A stretch of 64,000 nucleotides of DNA from Solirubrobacterales bacterium. GTDB lineage: Bacteria; Actinomycetota; Thermoleophilia; Solirubrobacterales; 70-9. Within the stretch, counting starts at the first letter, position 1. Each line of letters opens with the position of its first letter. Location: assembly GCA_036794585.1 (NCBI GenBank), contig DAIRGH010000001.1, forward strand, positions 6,964 to 70,963. Reading direction: 5' to 3'. A program made the position numbers and the translations under genes. A model generated the notes under the pieces. That model saw only the letters and a program-made list of their open reading frames with translations. It made no database searches and was not told the origin of the DNA. This document shows positions 52,060 to 60,759 of this stretch, in pieces.

Positions 52060-53242
52060 GCCGCGCGCATCACTGGATGGCCTGTCCTTGTTGGCCCAGC
52101 GCCTGGGATCGCTCCCTGTGCTTGCCGTCAGGGACACGGCCAGGGCCGCGTACGACTCGCTGGTGCAGCCCAGGCTTGGCGTTCGAGGTAACGCGCTCCG
52201 GTCGGCAATCGACTGGCTTTGCATGACCCACGAGGTCACGGGCCGACGTGGCTCGTCCAAGGGGTTCTCGCTCCTGTTCGGCTGGCTGCCCGCGTTTCCG
52301 GAGACCACCGGTTACGTGATCGGAACCCTCCTAGCCTATTCGAGGCTCACATCAGAGGATCGGTATGCGCGCCACGCTCGCGAGATGGGGGACTGGGAGC
52401 TCGAGGTTCAGTACGCAGACGGCGGGATCATGCAGGGCCTCCTCGATGGCCGAGGGAGGCCTCCGGAAGTCTTCAATACGGGGATGGTCATGCATGGCTG
52501 GCTGGACCTGTCCTTAGCGGAAGGCGGCCGTGAATATATTGCTGCGGCAGAGCGGGCGGGTCGATTCGTGCTTCGGACCCAGGACGCGGACGGCGCTTGG
52601 CGCGGGGAGCACTCGTACCTCGGAATCCCGCATACCTACATGTCACGCGTGTCGTGGGCGCTGCTTCGGCTCGCCCGCCTCTCGGGGGAGCAGGCCTACG
52701 AGGCCGCCGCTCGAAAGAATCTCGACTGGGTGGTCTCCATGCAGCGAGACAACGGCTGGTTCGAAGCATGCGCCTTCAAGCCGGGGGCATTGCCCAATAC
52801 CCACGGAATCGCCTACACCCTCCGTGGTCTTCTCGAAAGCCACGCCCTCCTCGACCATGAGCCCTACCTGAAGTCCGTTATGAGGGCTTCAGAGGTGCTA
52901 ATCCGGAAGCTGGAAGTTCTCGGCACACTGCCGGCGACATTTGACTCATCCTGGGAACCGACCGCGCGGTATGTGTGCCTCACCGGGCTCGTTCAGCTCG
53001 GTGGCGTTTGGCTACGGCTTTACGAGGTAACCGGCGATGCCCGGTTTCTCAATGCAGGATTGAAGGCGGTCGATCTCGCCGCCGCTCACCAGGAGCGCCG
53101 ATCACGGCCCCCTCTTCAGGGTGCGCTGCCGGGATCTTTTCCCATTTTCGGTCGCTACGCCCCACTTCAGTGCCCCAACTGGGCGACCAAGTTTCTCGCC
53201 GATGGGCTGATGCTAAGGGACGAGTGCCTGCCCGCAGCATGA
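52031..53242 (+). CDS. alpha/alpha-toroid-like protein with QW motifs, copy 2
   Basis: RAGRFVLRTQDADGAW fits the squalene-cyclase QW consensus [KR][GA]xx[FYW][LIV]xxxQxxxGxW exactly. A second, looser copy is KNLDWVVSMQRDNGWF. The start is uncertain because of a 29-nt overlap with the upstream gene. Confidence 0.65.
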   Translation: MPTGRRVTPKPRASLDGLSLLAQRLGSLPVLAVRDTARAAYDSLVQPRLGVRGNALRSAIDWLCMTHEVTGRRGSSKGFSLLFGWLPAFPETTGYVIGTLLAYSRLTSEDRYARHAREMGDWELEVQYADGGIMQGLLDGRGRPPEVFNTGMVMHGWLDLSLAEGGREYIAAAERAGRFVLRTQDADGAWRGEHSYLGIPHTYMSRVSWALLRLARLSGEQAYEAAARKNLDWVVSMQRDNGWFEACAFKPGALPNTHGIAYTLRGLLESHALLDHEPYLKSVMRASEVLIRKLEVLGTLPATFDSSWEPTARYVCLTGLVQLGGVWLRLYEVTGDARFLNAGLKAVDLAAAHQERRSRPPLQGALPGSFPIFGRYAPLQCPNWATKFLADGLMLRDECLPAA

Positions 53243-54066
53243 AAATCGTGCTTCTTTCGAGGTATCCCGGTGTCGACACGCGGGACTGGAAGCGGCGCCT
53301 TGGGACGCGACTGCTAGAACAGGGCGCTGAGATCTCGCTCGTGTACAGTCGCTCGCACCTGACTGATCAGCTAAGCGCAGGGCTTAAGCAGTTCGGACCT
53401 AGCCTGCCGCGCAAGTATCTCGCCTTGCGATCCGGGAAGCATGCGTTGGGGCCGTCGAGTTCGGCACCTCCGGCGCCAAATCTCGCTACGTGGGCAAGAG
53501 AGCACGATCTCGAGGTCTCGCTTCATCGAAGGCTCGACGACTCCGACTGCCTCGAGCGCCTGCGTGCGATCGCCCCGGACGTGATCGTGCTTGCTGGCGC
53601 TGACATCGTTCCGAGGGCGGTTTTGGAAATTCCCGCAATCGGAACACTGAACGGGCATTACGGCCTGCTCCCGCGATACCGAGGAATGAACGTCACCGAG
53701 TGGAGCATCTTTCACGACGACCCGGTCGGGGTGACCATTCATTACGTTGATCGCGGCATCGACACCGGGGCGATCGTTTCGAAAGAGCTGATCCCCGTGG
53801 AGAGTGGCGAGGGTTTGGAGGATCTACGCCGCAAGCACCAGCAGTCGGCATCGCGCCAGCTGGCTGAGGCCTGTCGGCGACTCTCCATGGGCCACGTGAA
53901 AGGAGTTCCGCAACGGGCCTCCGAGGGGAGGCAGTACTACCGGATGCATCCGGCGCTGCGAACGTCGGTGGAGAGGAGGCTCGCGAACGGGATCTACCGT
54001 TGGCTCGACGTGCCGGCCGATTCTCTGCATGAGCGTGTGCGCGCCTCAGAGGCGGCCCAACCATGA
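53239..54066 (+). CDS. formyltransferase (Formyl_trans_N family, sugar N-formyltransferase candidate)
   Basis: The start was set to MKIVLLSRYPG (ATGA overlap with the upstream gene). Core motifs are DVIVLAGADIVPRAVLEIPAIGTLNGHYGLLPRYRGMNVTEWSI and VTIHYVDRGIDTGAIV. The 88 upstream codons of the track ORF are shadow sequence. Confidence 0.85.
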   Translation: MKIVLLSRYPGVDTRDWKRRLGTRLLEQGAEISLVYSRSHLTDQLSAGLKQFGPSLPRKYLALRSGKHALGPSSSAPPAPNLATWAREHDLEVSLHRRLDDSDCLERLRAIAPDVIVLAGADIVPRAVLEIPAIGTLNGHYGLLPRYRGMNVTEWSIFHDDPVGVTIHYVDRGIDTGAIVSKELIPVESGEGLEDLRRKHQQSASRQLAEACRRLSMGHVKGVPQRASEGRQYYRMHPALRTSVERRLANGIYRWLDVPADSLHERVRASEAAQP

Positions 54067-54128
54067 GCGGGCATGATCTCAGCTTCGCTGATGCTTATGA
54101 CGAGCACATTTGGGATGTGTACGGGTTC
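54035..54128. repeat. right copy of the junction-duplicating direct repeat
   Basis: See 50390-50483. This copy spans the formyltransferase stop, the ATGA overlap and the first 22 codons of the intact sigma factor gene. Confidence 0.9.
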
Positions 54129-54578
54129 TTTGGCTACCGGGTTGGCTCGCGCGAAATAGCCGAGGACCTGACTCAGATGACCTTCGAGCGGGCGTTGCGC
54201 GCGTGGAACCGTTTTGATCCGGCCAGAGCGAGCGCGAAGACTTGGTTGCTGGCGATCGCGCGGAACCTGCTCATCGACCACTACCGTCAGGATCGATCGC
54301 ATCTTCACGAGGAATTAGGAGAGGAACAGACAAAGGCGGAGCTAGGTTCGCTCCAGCCCCTCGATCAAAGCCTGGGCCTTGCGCCCGAGCTTGCCGAGGC
54401 GCTTGCGACTCTGAGTACACGGGAGCGGGAGTTGCTTGCGCTGCGGTTCGGGGGGGATCTCACAGGTCCGGAGATCGCTGAGGTGACCGGGCTTTCGCTG
54501 GCGAACGTGCAGCAGATCCTCTCCCGGTCCCTTCGTCGCCTGCGCTCACAGCTCGAAGCAGAAGCCGTGCGTACCTAG
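54063..54578 (+). CDS. ECF-type RNA polymerase sigma-70 family factor
   Basis: Region 2 is EDLTQMTFERALRAWNRFDPARASAKTWLLAIARNLLIDHYR. Region 4 is LSTRERELLALRFGGDLTGPEIAEVTGLSLANVQQILSRSLRRLR. It has an ATGA overlap with the formyltransferase gene. Confidence 0.85.
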   Translation: MSGHDLSFADAYDEHIWDVYGFFGYRVGSREIAEDLTQMTFERALRAWNRFDPARASAKTWLLAIARNLLIDHYRQDRSHLHEELGEEQTKAELGSLQPLDQSLGLAPELAEALATLSTRERELLALRFGGDLTGPEIAEVTGLSLANVQQILSRSLRRLRSQLEAEAVRT

Positions 54579-54808
54579 GGAGAGAGCGGGCCCGCCCCGG
54601 CCAGACCTGCGGCGGCGACGGTGACGAGCAGCGTTCCGGAACATGCGTAAGCAACGATCAGGCTTCGGAGGTGGGCCGGGCGTGTCCGCCGTCGTTGCGA
54701 CAGAAGTTGCCGCTTGACCTCGCCGCGGAACGCCGGGCGCGGAGTGGGGCGCGAGCCCTCGAGTAGTTGCTCGATCTCCCGCAGTTCAGTCTCGTGATTG
54801 GATTCCAT
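54575..54808 (-). CDS. small single-pass membrane protein (possible anti-sigma-like partner)
   Basis: MESNHETELREIEQLLEGSRPTPRPAFRGEVKRQLL... followed by a TM segment LIVAYACSGTLLVTVAAAGLAGAG. It starts 9 nt after the stop of the upstream gene. It is convergent with the sigma gene, and the two stops share the palindrome CCTAGG. Confidence 0.35.
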   Translation of the reverse strand: MESNHETELREIEQLLEGSRPTPRPAFRGEVKRQLLSQRRRTRPAHLRSLIVAYACSGTLLVTVAAAGLAGAGPLSP

Positions 54809-54816
54809 TGGATCGA

Positions 54817-56811
54817 TTAGTGGGCAAACAGGGTTGACCGCGGGTTGAGTGAGCGTGCCTCTCGGTACGCCGCGACTGCGGCACGCGCGTCCCCTCGGAA
54901 CGCCTCGATGCGGGACAGCACCAGCCATGTCCGCCAGTTCGTAGCCTCGTCCCGAGTTGCGGCGCGGGCCGAGACTGCCGCAGCATCGAGATCCCCCTGA
55001 AGCTCGAGCACCAAGGCCTGCTGAAGATGCGGCGTGGCTGCCCAGGGCTGGATCTCGGCCCCGCTCCGGGCCTTGTCGAGGGCAAGACTCAGGTCACCGG
55101 CCTTGACATCCGACTGACTGGCGCGGACCGAACTCGTTCCGGCGAGCGTGATCGCAATTGCGGCGACGGCAACCGCAGACAGCGCGATGAGGATCACCCG
55201 GGAGCCTGGCGAAGCACTTCCAGTCCGCTGGCTACGGCTCCCGCCGAGCAACGCTCCGGCGAGCAGCAGAAAAGTCACTGGGATCACCGTGAGCTCCCAT
55301 GCCCAGTCGATCGCTGCAGCGACAGCGAAGACAACGCCCGCCGTTGTCGCCGCCGCATACCACCGCCGAGACGTGGCCGAGGCGGTGAACGATCGCCATA
55401 CACCGAATGCCAGGGTCCCGAAAACGAATGCGGAAATCAGGATCAGACCAACCAAGCCGAGCTCCGCGTACGTCTCGAAAAACATCGAATGAGCATCGCG
55501 GACGAAGCCGGGCAGCGACCCCTCGCGCGCCCAGTAAAACTCGTAAGTCCCAGGCCCGATGCCGGTGAGCGGGTCGCTCGCACCGGCGTCGATCGCGGTC
55601 TCCCAGTACTGGTACCGGCCATTACCGCTGGCACTCTCAAACCGTTCGGCCGAACTGGTTTCGGGGCCAATCGGCTGCTTAAACTCGTCCCAGCGCTCCG
55701 AGAGCTCGCTCGGTACACCCGCGAGCAGGGCTATCGAGATCGCCGTCAGCAGCAGTGCCGCAAAGCCCGCACGCGCGGCCGCCCGACTGACTTGCGGTTG
55801 CGGGATCAGCTCGTAACGCTCAGCGAGGCCAAGCGCAGCTCGCATGAGACCCACTCCTACGCAGACGACGAGCGCGACAGCGAGCATCTCATTGCCCTGG
55901 TTCAGGGCTACTTGCGTTGAGAGGCCATCCTCAAGCGCGTCGCGCTGCGTCGCTGCCGCTATCAGTAAGGCGCTGCCCGCACCTGCTAGCAACAGCGTTG
56001 GCATTGCCGAGAGGCGCCGTGGATAAAGCGCGAGCAACGCGATCAGGCCTACTGCGATCTCGACAGCCCCGCCGCGAGAGAACGTGTAGAAGGCCGCGAG
56101 CGCCATTATCGGCACAGCTGCTGTTGCCAGCGCTTGGACCACTACCCGACGCGCTTCGATCGCGATCACGAGCATCAGCGGCACACCGATCGCCATTAGC
56201 GCGGCGAGGCCGTTCCAGTAGTTCACGGGGTAGTTGAGACGTGCCCGCGCGGACTCAAAGGCCGCACCGGTCGCGTCCGCGGGAAACCAGCTCGGATGAA
56301 GGCGCGAAAGAAGCGCCAGCGCGCCGACGACTGCCAGTGCCGATCCCACCGAGTAAACAGTTCGTCGCAGCCCGTCGCGGCCTTGCGCTGCCATGACCAG
56401 TACGAGGACACCGACATATGTAGCGACTCGGGCAAGTTCAACAACGGTTCGCTCTTCCGATTCCGACCACGAGACGGCGAGGGCGTTCCATGCGGCGAAC
56501 GCGGCGAGCAGGCCGATCCCAGCCCATGCGGCCCGAGACAAGCGGGCGGTGGGCAGGATCCCCACGATCGCGCCGAGCAGCACGGTCCACCACACGGCGA
56601 TCCCGATCTCGCTACGCACGATGGCGTCATAGCCGCCGCCTTGGAGGGCGAGGTACAGGACCAGAGCGAACGGAAGCACCGTTCCAGCGAGCACCGGGCC
56701 AAGATCGGAACGCAGCGCTTCGAGGCCCCGCGGTAGCGCGAGTCGGCCGGTCAGCCCGGTCCCAGTCCCAGGTGTCAAGCTATGAGGATCGGCCGGCATC
56801 CGCACAAACAT
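54817..56811 (-). CDS. O-antigen ligase domain membrane protein with a C-terminal TPR-like region
   Basis: More than 10 hydrophobic segments. Wzy_C-type stretch FYTFSRGGAVEIAVGLIALLAL. The C-terminal soluble part has TPR-like helices (LQQALVLELQGDLDAAAVSARAATRDEATNWRTWLVLSRIEAFRGDARAAVAAYREA). Confidence 0.75.
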   Translation of the reverse strand: MFVRMPADPHSLTPGTGTGLTGRLALPRGLEALRSDLGPVLAGTVLPFALVLYLALQGGGYDAIVRSEIGIAVWWTVLLGAIVGILPTARLSRAAWAGIGLLAAFAAWNALAVSWSESEERTVVELARVATYVGVLVLVMAAQGRDGLRRTVYSVGSALAVVGALALLSRLHPSWFPADATGAAFESARARLNYPVNYWNGLAALMAIGVPLMLVIAIEARRVVVQALATAAVPIMALAAFYTFSRGGAVEIAVGLIALLALYPRRLSAMPTLLLAGAGSALLIAAATQRDALEDGLSTQVALNQGNEMLAVALVVCVGVGLMRAALGLAERYELIPQPQVSRAAARAGFAALLLTAISIALLAGVPSELSERWDEFKQPIGPETSSAERFESASGNGRYQYWETAIDAGASDPLTGIGPGTYEFYWAREGSLPGFVRDAHSMFFETYAELGLVGLILISAFVFGTLAFGVWRSFTASATSRRWYAAATTAGVVFAVAAAIDWAWELTVIPVTFLLLAGALLGGSRSQRTGSASPGSRVILIALSAVAVAAIAITLAGTSSVRASQSDVKAGDLSLALDKARSGAEIQPWAATPHLQQALVLELQGDLDAAAVSARAATRDEATNWRTWLVLSRIEAFRGDARAAVAAYREARSLNPRSTLFAH

Positions 56812-56875
56812 ACGTGTTCGCCCCCGTCTCGCTGACGTGTGTCAGCCGCGGCTGATCGGGAACGTATGGGTTGAC

Positions 56876-57406
56876 ATGCGCAGGGTTTCGATGCTTCTAG
56901 TCGCGCTGCTCGCGGTCGGGTTAGTGCTGCCCGCGGCTGCCTTGGCTCAGGACAACTCCGCCATCGACGAATACACCGAGAGCGTCCCTGGCGCTGGCGG
57001 CGACCATCCCAGCCATGACCAAGGTGGCGGAGGTTCTGGGGGAGGCGGCGACGGCGGAGCGTCCTTGCCGCAATCGAACGCAGACGCGCTTGAGTCGGAG
57101 GGCGCAGCTGCCACAGCCGCCGCAAACCTTGCCGAGGCCACCGCGCCGGACCGCCCGGCAGGGGCCGGCTCTGTGCGCGACCCTGGGGCCAACGAGTCGG
57201 CGAGCAGCTCGGGCGGCGAGTCGCAGGATGACGCTGGCCAAGGCGCTCCCTCGATCGGCGATGTTGTCGGGGGGGTCACCGGTGGATCTGATTCCGACGG
57301 CCTCGGGATTTGGCTCCTGGTCATTCTGGGGGCGACGCTCGTCGCGGCGATCGCGCTCGCACTCGCCCGGTGGCGGCGCGGCCCAGGCGAGCCCACGCAG
57401 GCTTGA
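56876..57406 (+). CDS. secreted Gly/Ser/Ala-rich protein with a C-terminal membrane anchor
   Basis: Signal peptide MRRVSMLLVALLAVGLVLPAAALA, a disordered acidic Gly-rich body, and a C-terminal TM segment GIWLLVILGATLVAAIALALARWRR. Confidence 0.5.
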   Translation: MRRVSMLLVALLAVGLVLPAAALAQDNSAIDEYTESVPGAGGDHPSHDQGGGGSGGGGDGGASLPQSNADALESEGAAATAAANLAEATAPDRPAGAGSVRDPGANESASSSGGESQDDAGQGAPSIGDVVGGVTGGSDSDGLGIWLLVILGATLVAAIALALARWRRGPGEPTQA

Positions 57407-57414
57407 GCTTGCGC

Positions 57415-58815
57415 ATGCGAGGCACGCGCCGCCGCACAACGTCGGCGGCGGTGATGACCGCGTGGTGCCTGTTGGTCGTTGCGCCAGCGGCGGCCAGCGC
57501 CGCGTTCATGACGGGCCTCTCCGGAAACGAATACACGTCGTCTGACTCGTCGGAACGCGACCGCTGGTTCGACGAAACCACGGCGGCCGGTGCCGAGGTC
57601 ATCCGGGTCAACGTCCTATGGAGTGCGACGGTTTCCGGCCGGCCCACAGATCCCTATAGCCCAATGGACCCGGCCTATGACTTCGGCGACCTCGATGCCG
57701 CAGTCCAGGACGCCGCTGAACGGAATATCGAGGTGATGGTGACTCTGTACGGGGCGCCGGCGTTCGCAGAGGGCCCGGATCGAGCAGCTTCCGCCCCAGC
57801 CGGCACATGGAAACCGGACCCGGCTGAATATGCCGCCTTCGCTCGCGCCGTCGCGTCGCGTTACTCGGGATCCTTCCAGGGGCTTTCGCGCGTCCGCTAC
57901 TTCCAGGCCTGGAACGAACCAAACCTAAGCCCCTACCTCAATCCCCAATGGGACGGAGGACGTGCGTTCGCCGCGAGCCACTACCGACGAATGCTCAATG
58001 CCTTCGACGAGGCTGTCCACGGGGTGCGCGGGGATAATGTCGTCGTCACAGCGGGCACCGCTCCGTTCGGCGATACCCCGGGCGGTAACCGGATCCGGCC
58101 ACTCCGCTTCTGGCGCGAGGTGCTCTGCCTGAAGAAGAAGAACAACGGCAAGCTGAAAGGGGCCTCCTGTCCCGAGAAGGCCGAGTTCGACATCCTCGCC
58201 CATCACCCGATCCAAACATCGGGCGGGCCGCGACAGAGCGCCTTCCATCCGGACGATGCGACTACGCCGGACTTCAAACATGTCGTCGATACCCTGCGCG
58301 CGGCTGAGAAGCGCAACAAGGTCGCCGGGGGGCGGCACGACGCATGGGCTACGGAGATCTGGTGGGAGTCCAATCCGCCGGATGAGGCGGACGGAGTGCC
58401 ATTGAAACGGCACGCAGCTTGGAATCAGGAGTCGCTCTACCTATTGTGGAAACAGGGAGCGAGTGCCGTTATCAATCTTTTGATCCGCGACACTGAGTTC
58501 GATCCCCAGGATCCAAGCCGCTCAATAGAGGCGGGCTTGTTCTTTCACGACGGCGCTCCGAAACCCGCATTCACGGCGTGGCGGTTCCCGTTCGTCACGG
58601 ACCGGCAAGACAAGCATCGGTTGCTGGCGTGGGGGAAGTCTCCTGCGGCGGGGAGGCTGGTTATCGAAAGCAAGCACGGCGGAGGCTGGCGCCGCGAAGC
58701 GACCCTCAATGTCTCGGCCGGCGAGGTCTTTTCGACGGAGCTGGGGATCACGGGCAAGGCTTCTTTGCGCGCTGCGGTCGCCGGCGAGCGGAGCCTGGTC
58801 TGGCATCAACGCTGA
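57415..58815 (+). CDS. secreted glycoside-hydrolase-like protein (clan GH-A TIM-barrel candidate)
   Basis: The start was set to MRGTRRRTTSAAVMTAWCLLVVAPAAASA (signal peptide). YFQAWNEPN is the classic acid/base NEP motif of clan GH-A enzymes. A later ATEIWWES is a plausible nucleophile region. Confidence 0.65.
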   Translation: MRGTRRRTTSAAVMTAWCLLVVAPAAASAAFMTGLSGNEYTSSDSSERDRWFDETTAAGAEVIRVNVLWSATVSGRPTDPYSPMDPAYDFGDLDAAVQDAAERNIEVMVTLYGAPAFAEGPDRAASAPAGTWKPDPAEYAAFARAVASRYSGSFQGLSRVRYFQAWNEPNLSPYLNPQWDGGRAFAASHYRRMLNAFDEAVHGVRGDNVVVTAGTAPFGDTPGGNRIRPLRFWREVLCLKKKNNGKLKGASCPEKAEFDILAHHPIQTSGGPRQSAFHPDDATTPDFKHVVDTLRAAEKRNKVAGGRHDAWATEIWWESNPPDEADGVPLKRHAAWNQESLYLLWKQGASAVINLLIRDTEFDPQDPSRSIEAGLFFHDGAPKPAFTAWRFPFVTDRQDKHRLLAWGKSPAAGRLVIESKHGGGWRREATLNVSAGEVFSTELGITGKASLRAAVAGERSLVWHQR

Positions 58816-58906
58816 GGCGTCCGGGCTGTCAGCAATGGTTCAGCCGGTCCGTATGGGGGCATTGAGCGTCGTAAGGCCATCCAGTCAGACCCGAGGGTAG
58901 GAGTCA

Positions 58907-59302
58907 ATGAATAAGTTCCCCGCGCTACTCATCGCCGCGCTGGTTGCGACCTGCGCGTTTTCAGTCGTCGCCGCCTCCGGCAAGGCCACGGAGGAGGTCG
59001 CATCCACGGTCACCATCAAGTTCGAGGCCGGCGGCAGCGCCCCCTACTACGAACAGGATCAGTTCAAGGGCAAGGTGAAGGGGGACGAGGGCTGCAAGAA
59101 GGACCGGCGCGTGAAGGTCGTCAAGGAGGGCGGCGGGGTCGTCGGCAAGGACGACACCAATGAGAGTGGCCGCTACTCAGTACCGGCCAGCAACCCGACC
59201 GGTGACTTCTTCGCCAAGGTGAAGAAGGCGACGATCGAGAAGAACAACGGCGACAAGATCAAGTGCCTGAAGGCGAAGTCGGACTCGATCTCTGTTCCGT
59301 AG
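58907..59302 (+). CDS. small secreted Lys-rich protein
   Basis: AGGAG RBS and signal peptide MNKFPALLIAALVATCAFSVVAASG. The beta-rich body resembles carboxypeptidase-regulatory/Ig-like small domains. No family assigned. Confidence 0.6.
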   Translation: MNKFPALLIAALVATCAFSVVAASGKATEEVASTVTIKFEAGGSAPYYEQDQFKGKVKGDEGCKKDRRVKVVKEGGGVVGKDDTNESGRYSVPASNPTGDFFAKVKKATIEKNNGDKIKCLKAKSDSISVP

Positions 59303-59338
59303 TTCAGCGCGAGCCCCGAAGGCTCTAGAGGACTGAGG

Positions 59339-59366
59339 CGACGGCCGCGCGAGAGCGCGGCCGTCG
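59339..59366. terminator. bidirectional intrinsic-terminator-like hairpin between convergent genes
   Basis: Perfect 12-bp stem CGACGGCCGCGC / GCGCGGCCGTCG with a GAGA loop. It lies between the stops at 59302 (+) and 59373 (-). A smaller hairpin GAGCC-ccgaa-GGCTC sits at 59311-59325. There is no clear U-tract. Confidence 0.55.
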
Positions 59367-59372
59367 GTCGTT

Positions 59373-60692
59373 CTAGCGCTTACGGCGCGCTTCGAGCTGC
59401 TTCTTGACGCGCAGCGGGGAGCTCGTGCCGGCGCCGATGGGACGCTCCACGCCCGCGATCCAGTGGCCGCGCTGAGGCTCTTTGATCCGGCACTGAGCAC
59501 GACCGTTCTTCGCGTAGGCGCGGCAGGCGAAACGGGACTTGCTGGGGCGGTGCCCGCGGCTGAGATAGAGCGTGACGCCGTCTTTGTCGCGTAGCGAGAT
59601 CTCCAGGCGGCGGGTGTGGCGGGAGACGTGGATGTCGCGCATCCGCCACCGCGCGCGCGCCTCTGCCGGCTCAGCCGGTGCGGCCCCACCGAAGGCGATG
59701 AACGCGTTCAGCGGCGAGCCGAGGTTCCAGTGGGTCTCGAGATACTCGCCAGGCTCGGGAGCGGAGTCGAAGTAGTCGTCGAAGTTGCAGTCAAAGCGGG
59801 CGGTCCCCGGGCAGTTGTTGATAGGGCCGTCCTGGTGCAGGTTGCCGCCGTCGGGCGAGTAGCACATCACGTCGTCTTCCTCGTAGCAGTGCCCGCCGTC
59901 GCCGGTCGAGTTCGGCGCGCCGTACTGGACCGCGCCCATGTTGTGGCCGCTCTCGTGCATCGGCGTCTCGCCGTACCAGCAGGCGGAGTAGATGACCGCG
60001 TAGCCGCCGCCCTGGTTGGCGAGGTTGTCGGCGCTGAGCGTCTCGTCGTCGGCGTAGGAGGCGATCCCGCAGCTGCCGCCGGCGCTGCCGTCGAAGAAGA
60101 TCGTGTAGTCGACTAGCTGGGAATCAAAGCCTGCGTCGCGCGCCGAGGTGACGATCTCCGAGAAGCTCGTTCCAGAGCTCGAGAAGCCGTCGACGCTGAT
60201 CTCGCCGGCGCCGGTGCAGCGGACGCGGTAGTCGGCGCTCGGACCCCCGCTTTGCAGCGACTCCTCGTTGAGGACGGCGTTCATCCGCCGGATCGCGGCC
60301 TGGATCCGAGGCCGGACGGACGCCAGCGCGTCGGCGGAGCCGTTGGGATGCGCGTAGAGGATCCGCTGCGCTTCGGTGGCGGCGCAGGCCGGTGGCCGCT
60401 CGGCGCTGCCGGGCTCAAAGCCGACGCCCTTGGGCAGCTCTCGCTCCAGCGGCGACTCGAGCTCCCGCGGCGGTGGCGCGGAGTCGGGGCCGTGGGTGAG
60501 CAGCGCCGGCCCGGTCTCGGGGCGCACGCGGTAAAGGCCGGAGTCGGTGCGGCTCGCCTCCTGTCCTGCCACGCGCCGAACCTCGGCGCTGACCGGGCCG
60601 TCGCCGGCCGCGGCAGCGAGCGGTGCGACCGCACCCAGGGACGCAAGCGCGCACCCGGCCACAGCAACTGTCCATCCCAACCTCGGTGCCAT
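59373..60692 (-). CDS. secreted zinc metalloprotease (HExxH)
   Basis: Signal peptide MAPRLGWTVAVAGCALASLGAVAPLAAAAG. Zinc motif MHESGHNMGAV. The basic C-terminal ~90 aa form a beta domain. Confidence 0.75.
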   Translation of the reverse strand: MAPRLGWTVAVAGCALASLGAVAPLAAAAGDGPVSAEVRRVAGQEASRTDSGLYRVRPETGPALLTHGPDSAPPPRELESPLERELPKGVGFEPGSAERPPACAATEAQRILYAHPNGSADALASVRPRIQAAIRRMNAVLNEESLQSGGPSADYRVRCTGAGEISVDGFSSSGTSFSEIVTSARDAGFDSQLVDYTIFFDGSAGGSCGIASYADDETLSADNLANQGGGYAVIYSACWYGETPMHESGHNMGAVQYGAPNSTGDGGHCYEEDDVMCYSPDGGNLHQDGPINNCPGTARFDCNFDDYFDSAPEPGEYLETHWNLGSPLNAFIAFGGAAPAEPAEARARWRMRDIHVSRHTRRLEISLRDKDGVTLYLSRGHRPSKSRFACRAYAKNGRAQCRIKEPQRGHWIAGVERPIGAGTSSPLRVKKQLEARRKR

Positions 60693-60759
60693 GCACCCCC
60701 ATCGGGCATGGCGGTGATCGCGTCGAAGAGTCCGCCCGCAGCTAGGTCATCCGTCCAGG

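Noticed and set aside
52975-53238. The upstream extension of the formyltransferase ORF, which overlaps the preceding gene
   Set aside because: The translation is Arg/Ser/Pro-rich and lies in a different frame of the toroid-protein gene. The MKIVLLS start with an ATGA overlap fits the family N-terminus.
12600-54600. Calling the glycan island, or the 6.3-12.3 kb islet, a mobile element
   Set aside because: No integrase, transposase, relaxase, tRNA target or terminal inverted repeats were found. Only compositional shift and duplicated-gene scars are present, so it is reported as findings rather than as a mobile_element feature.
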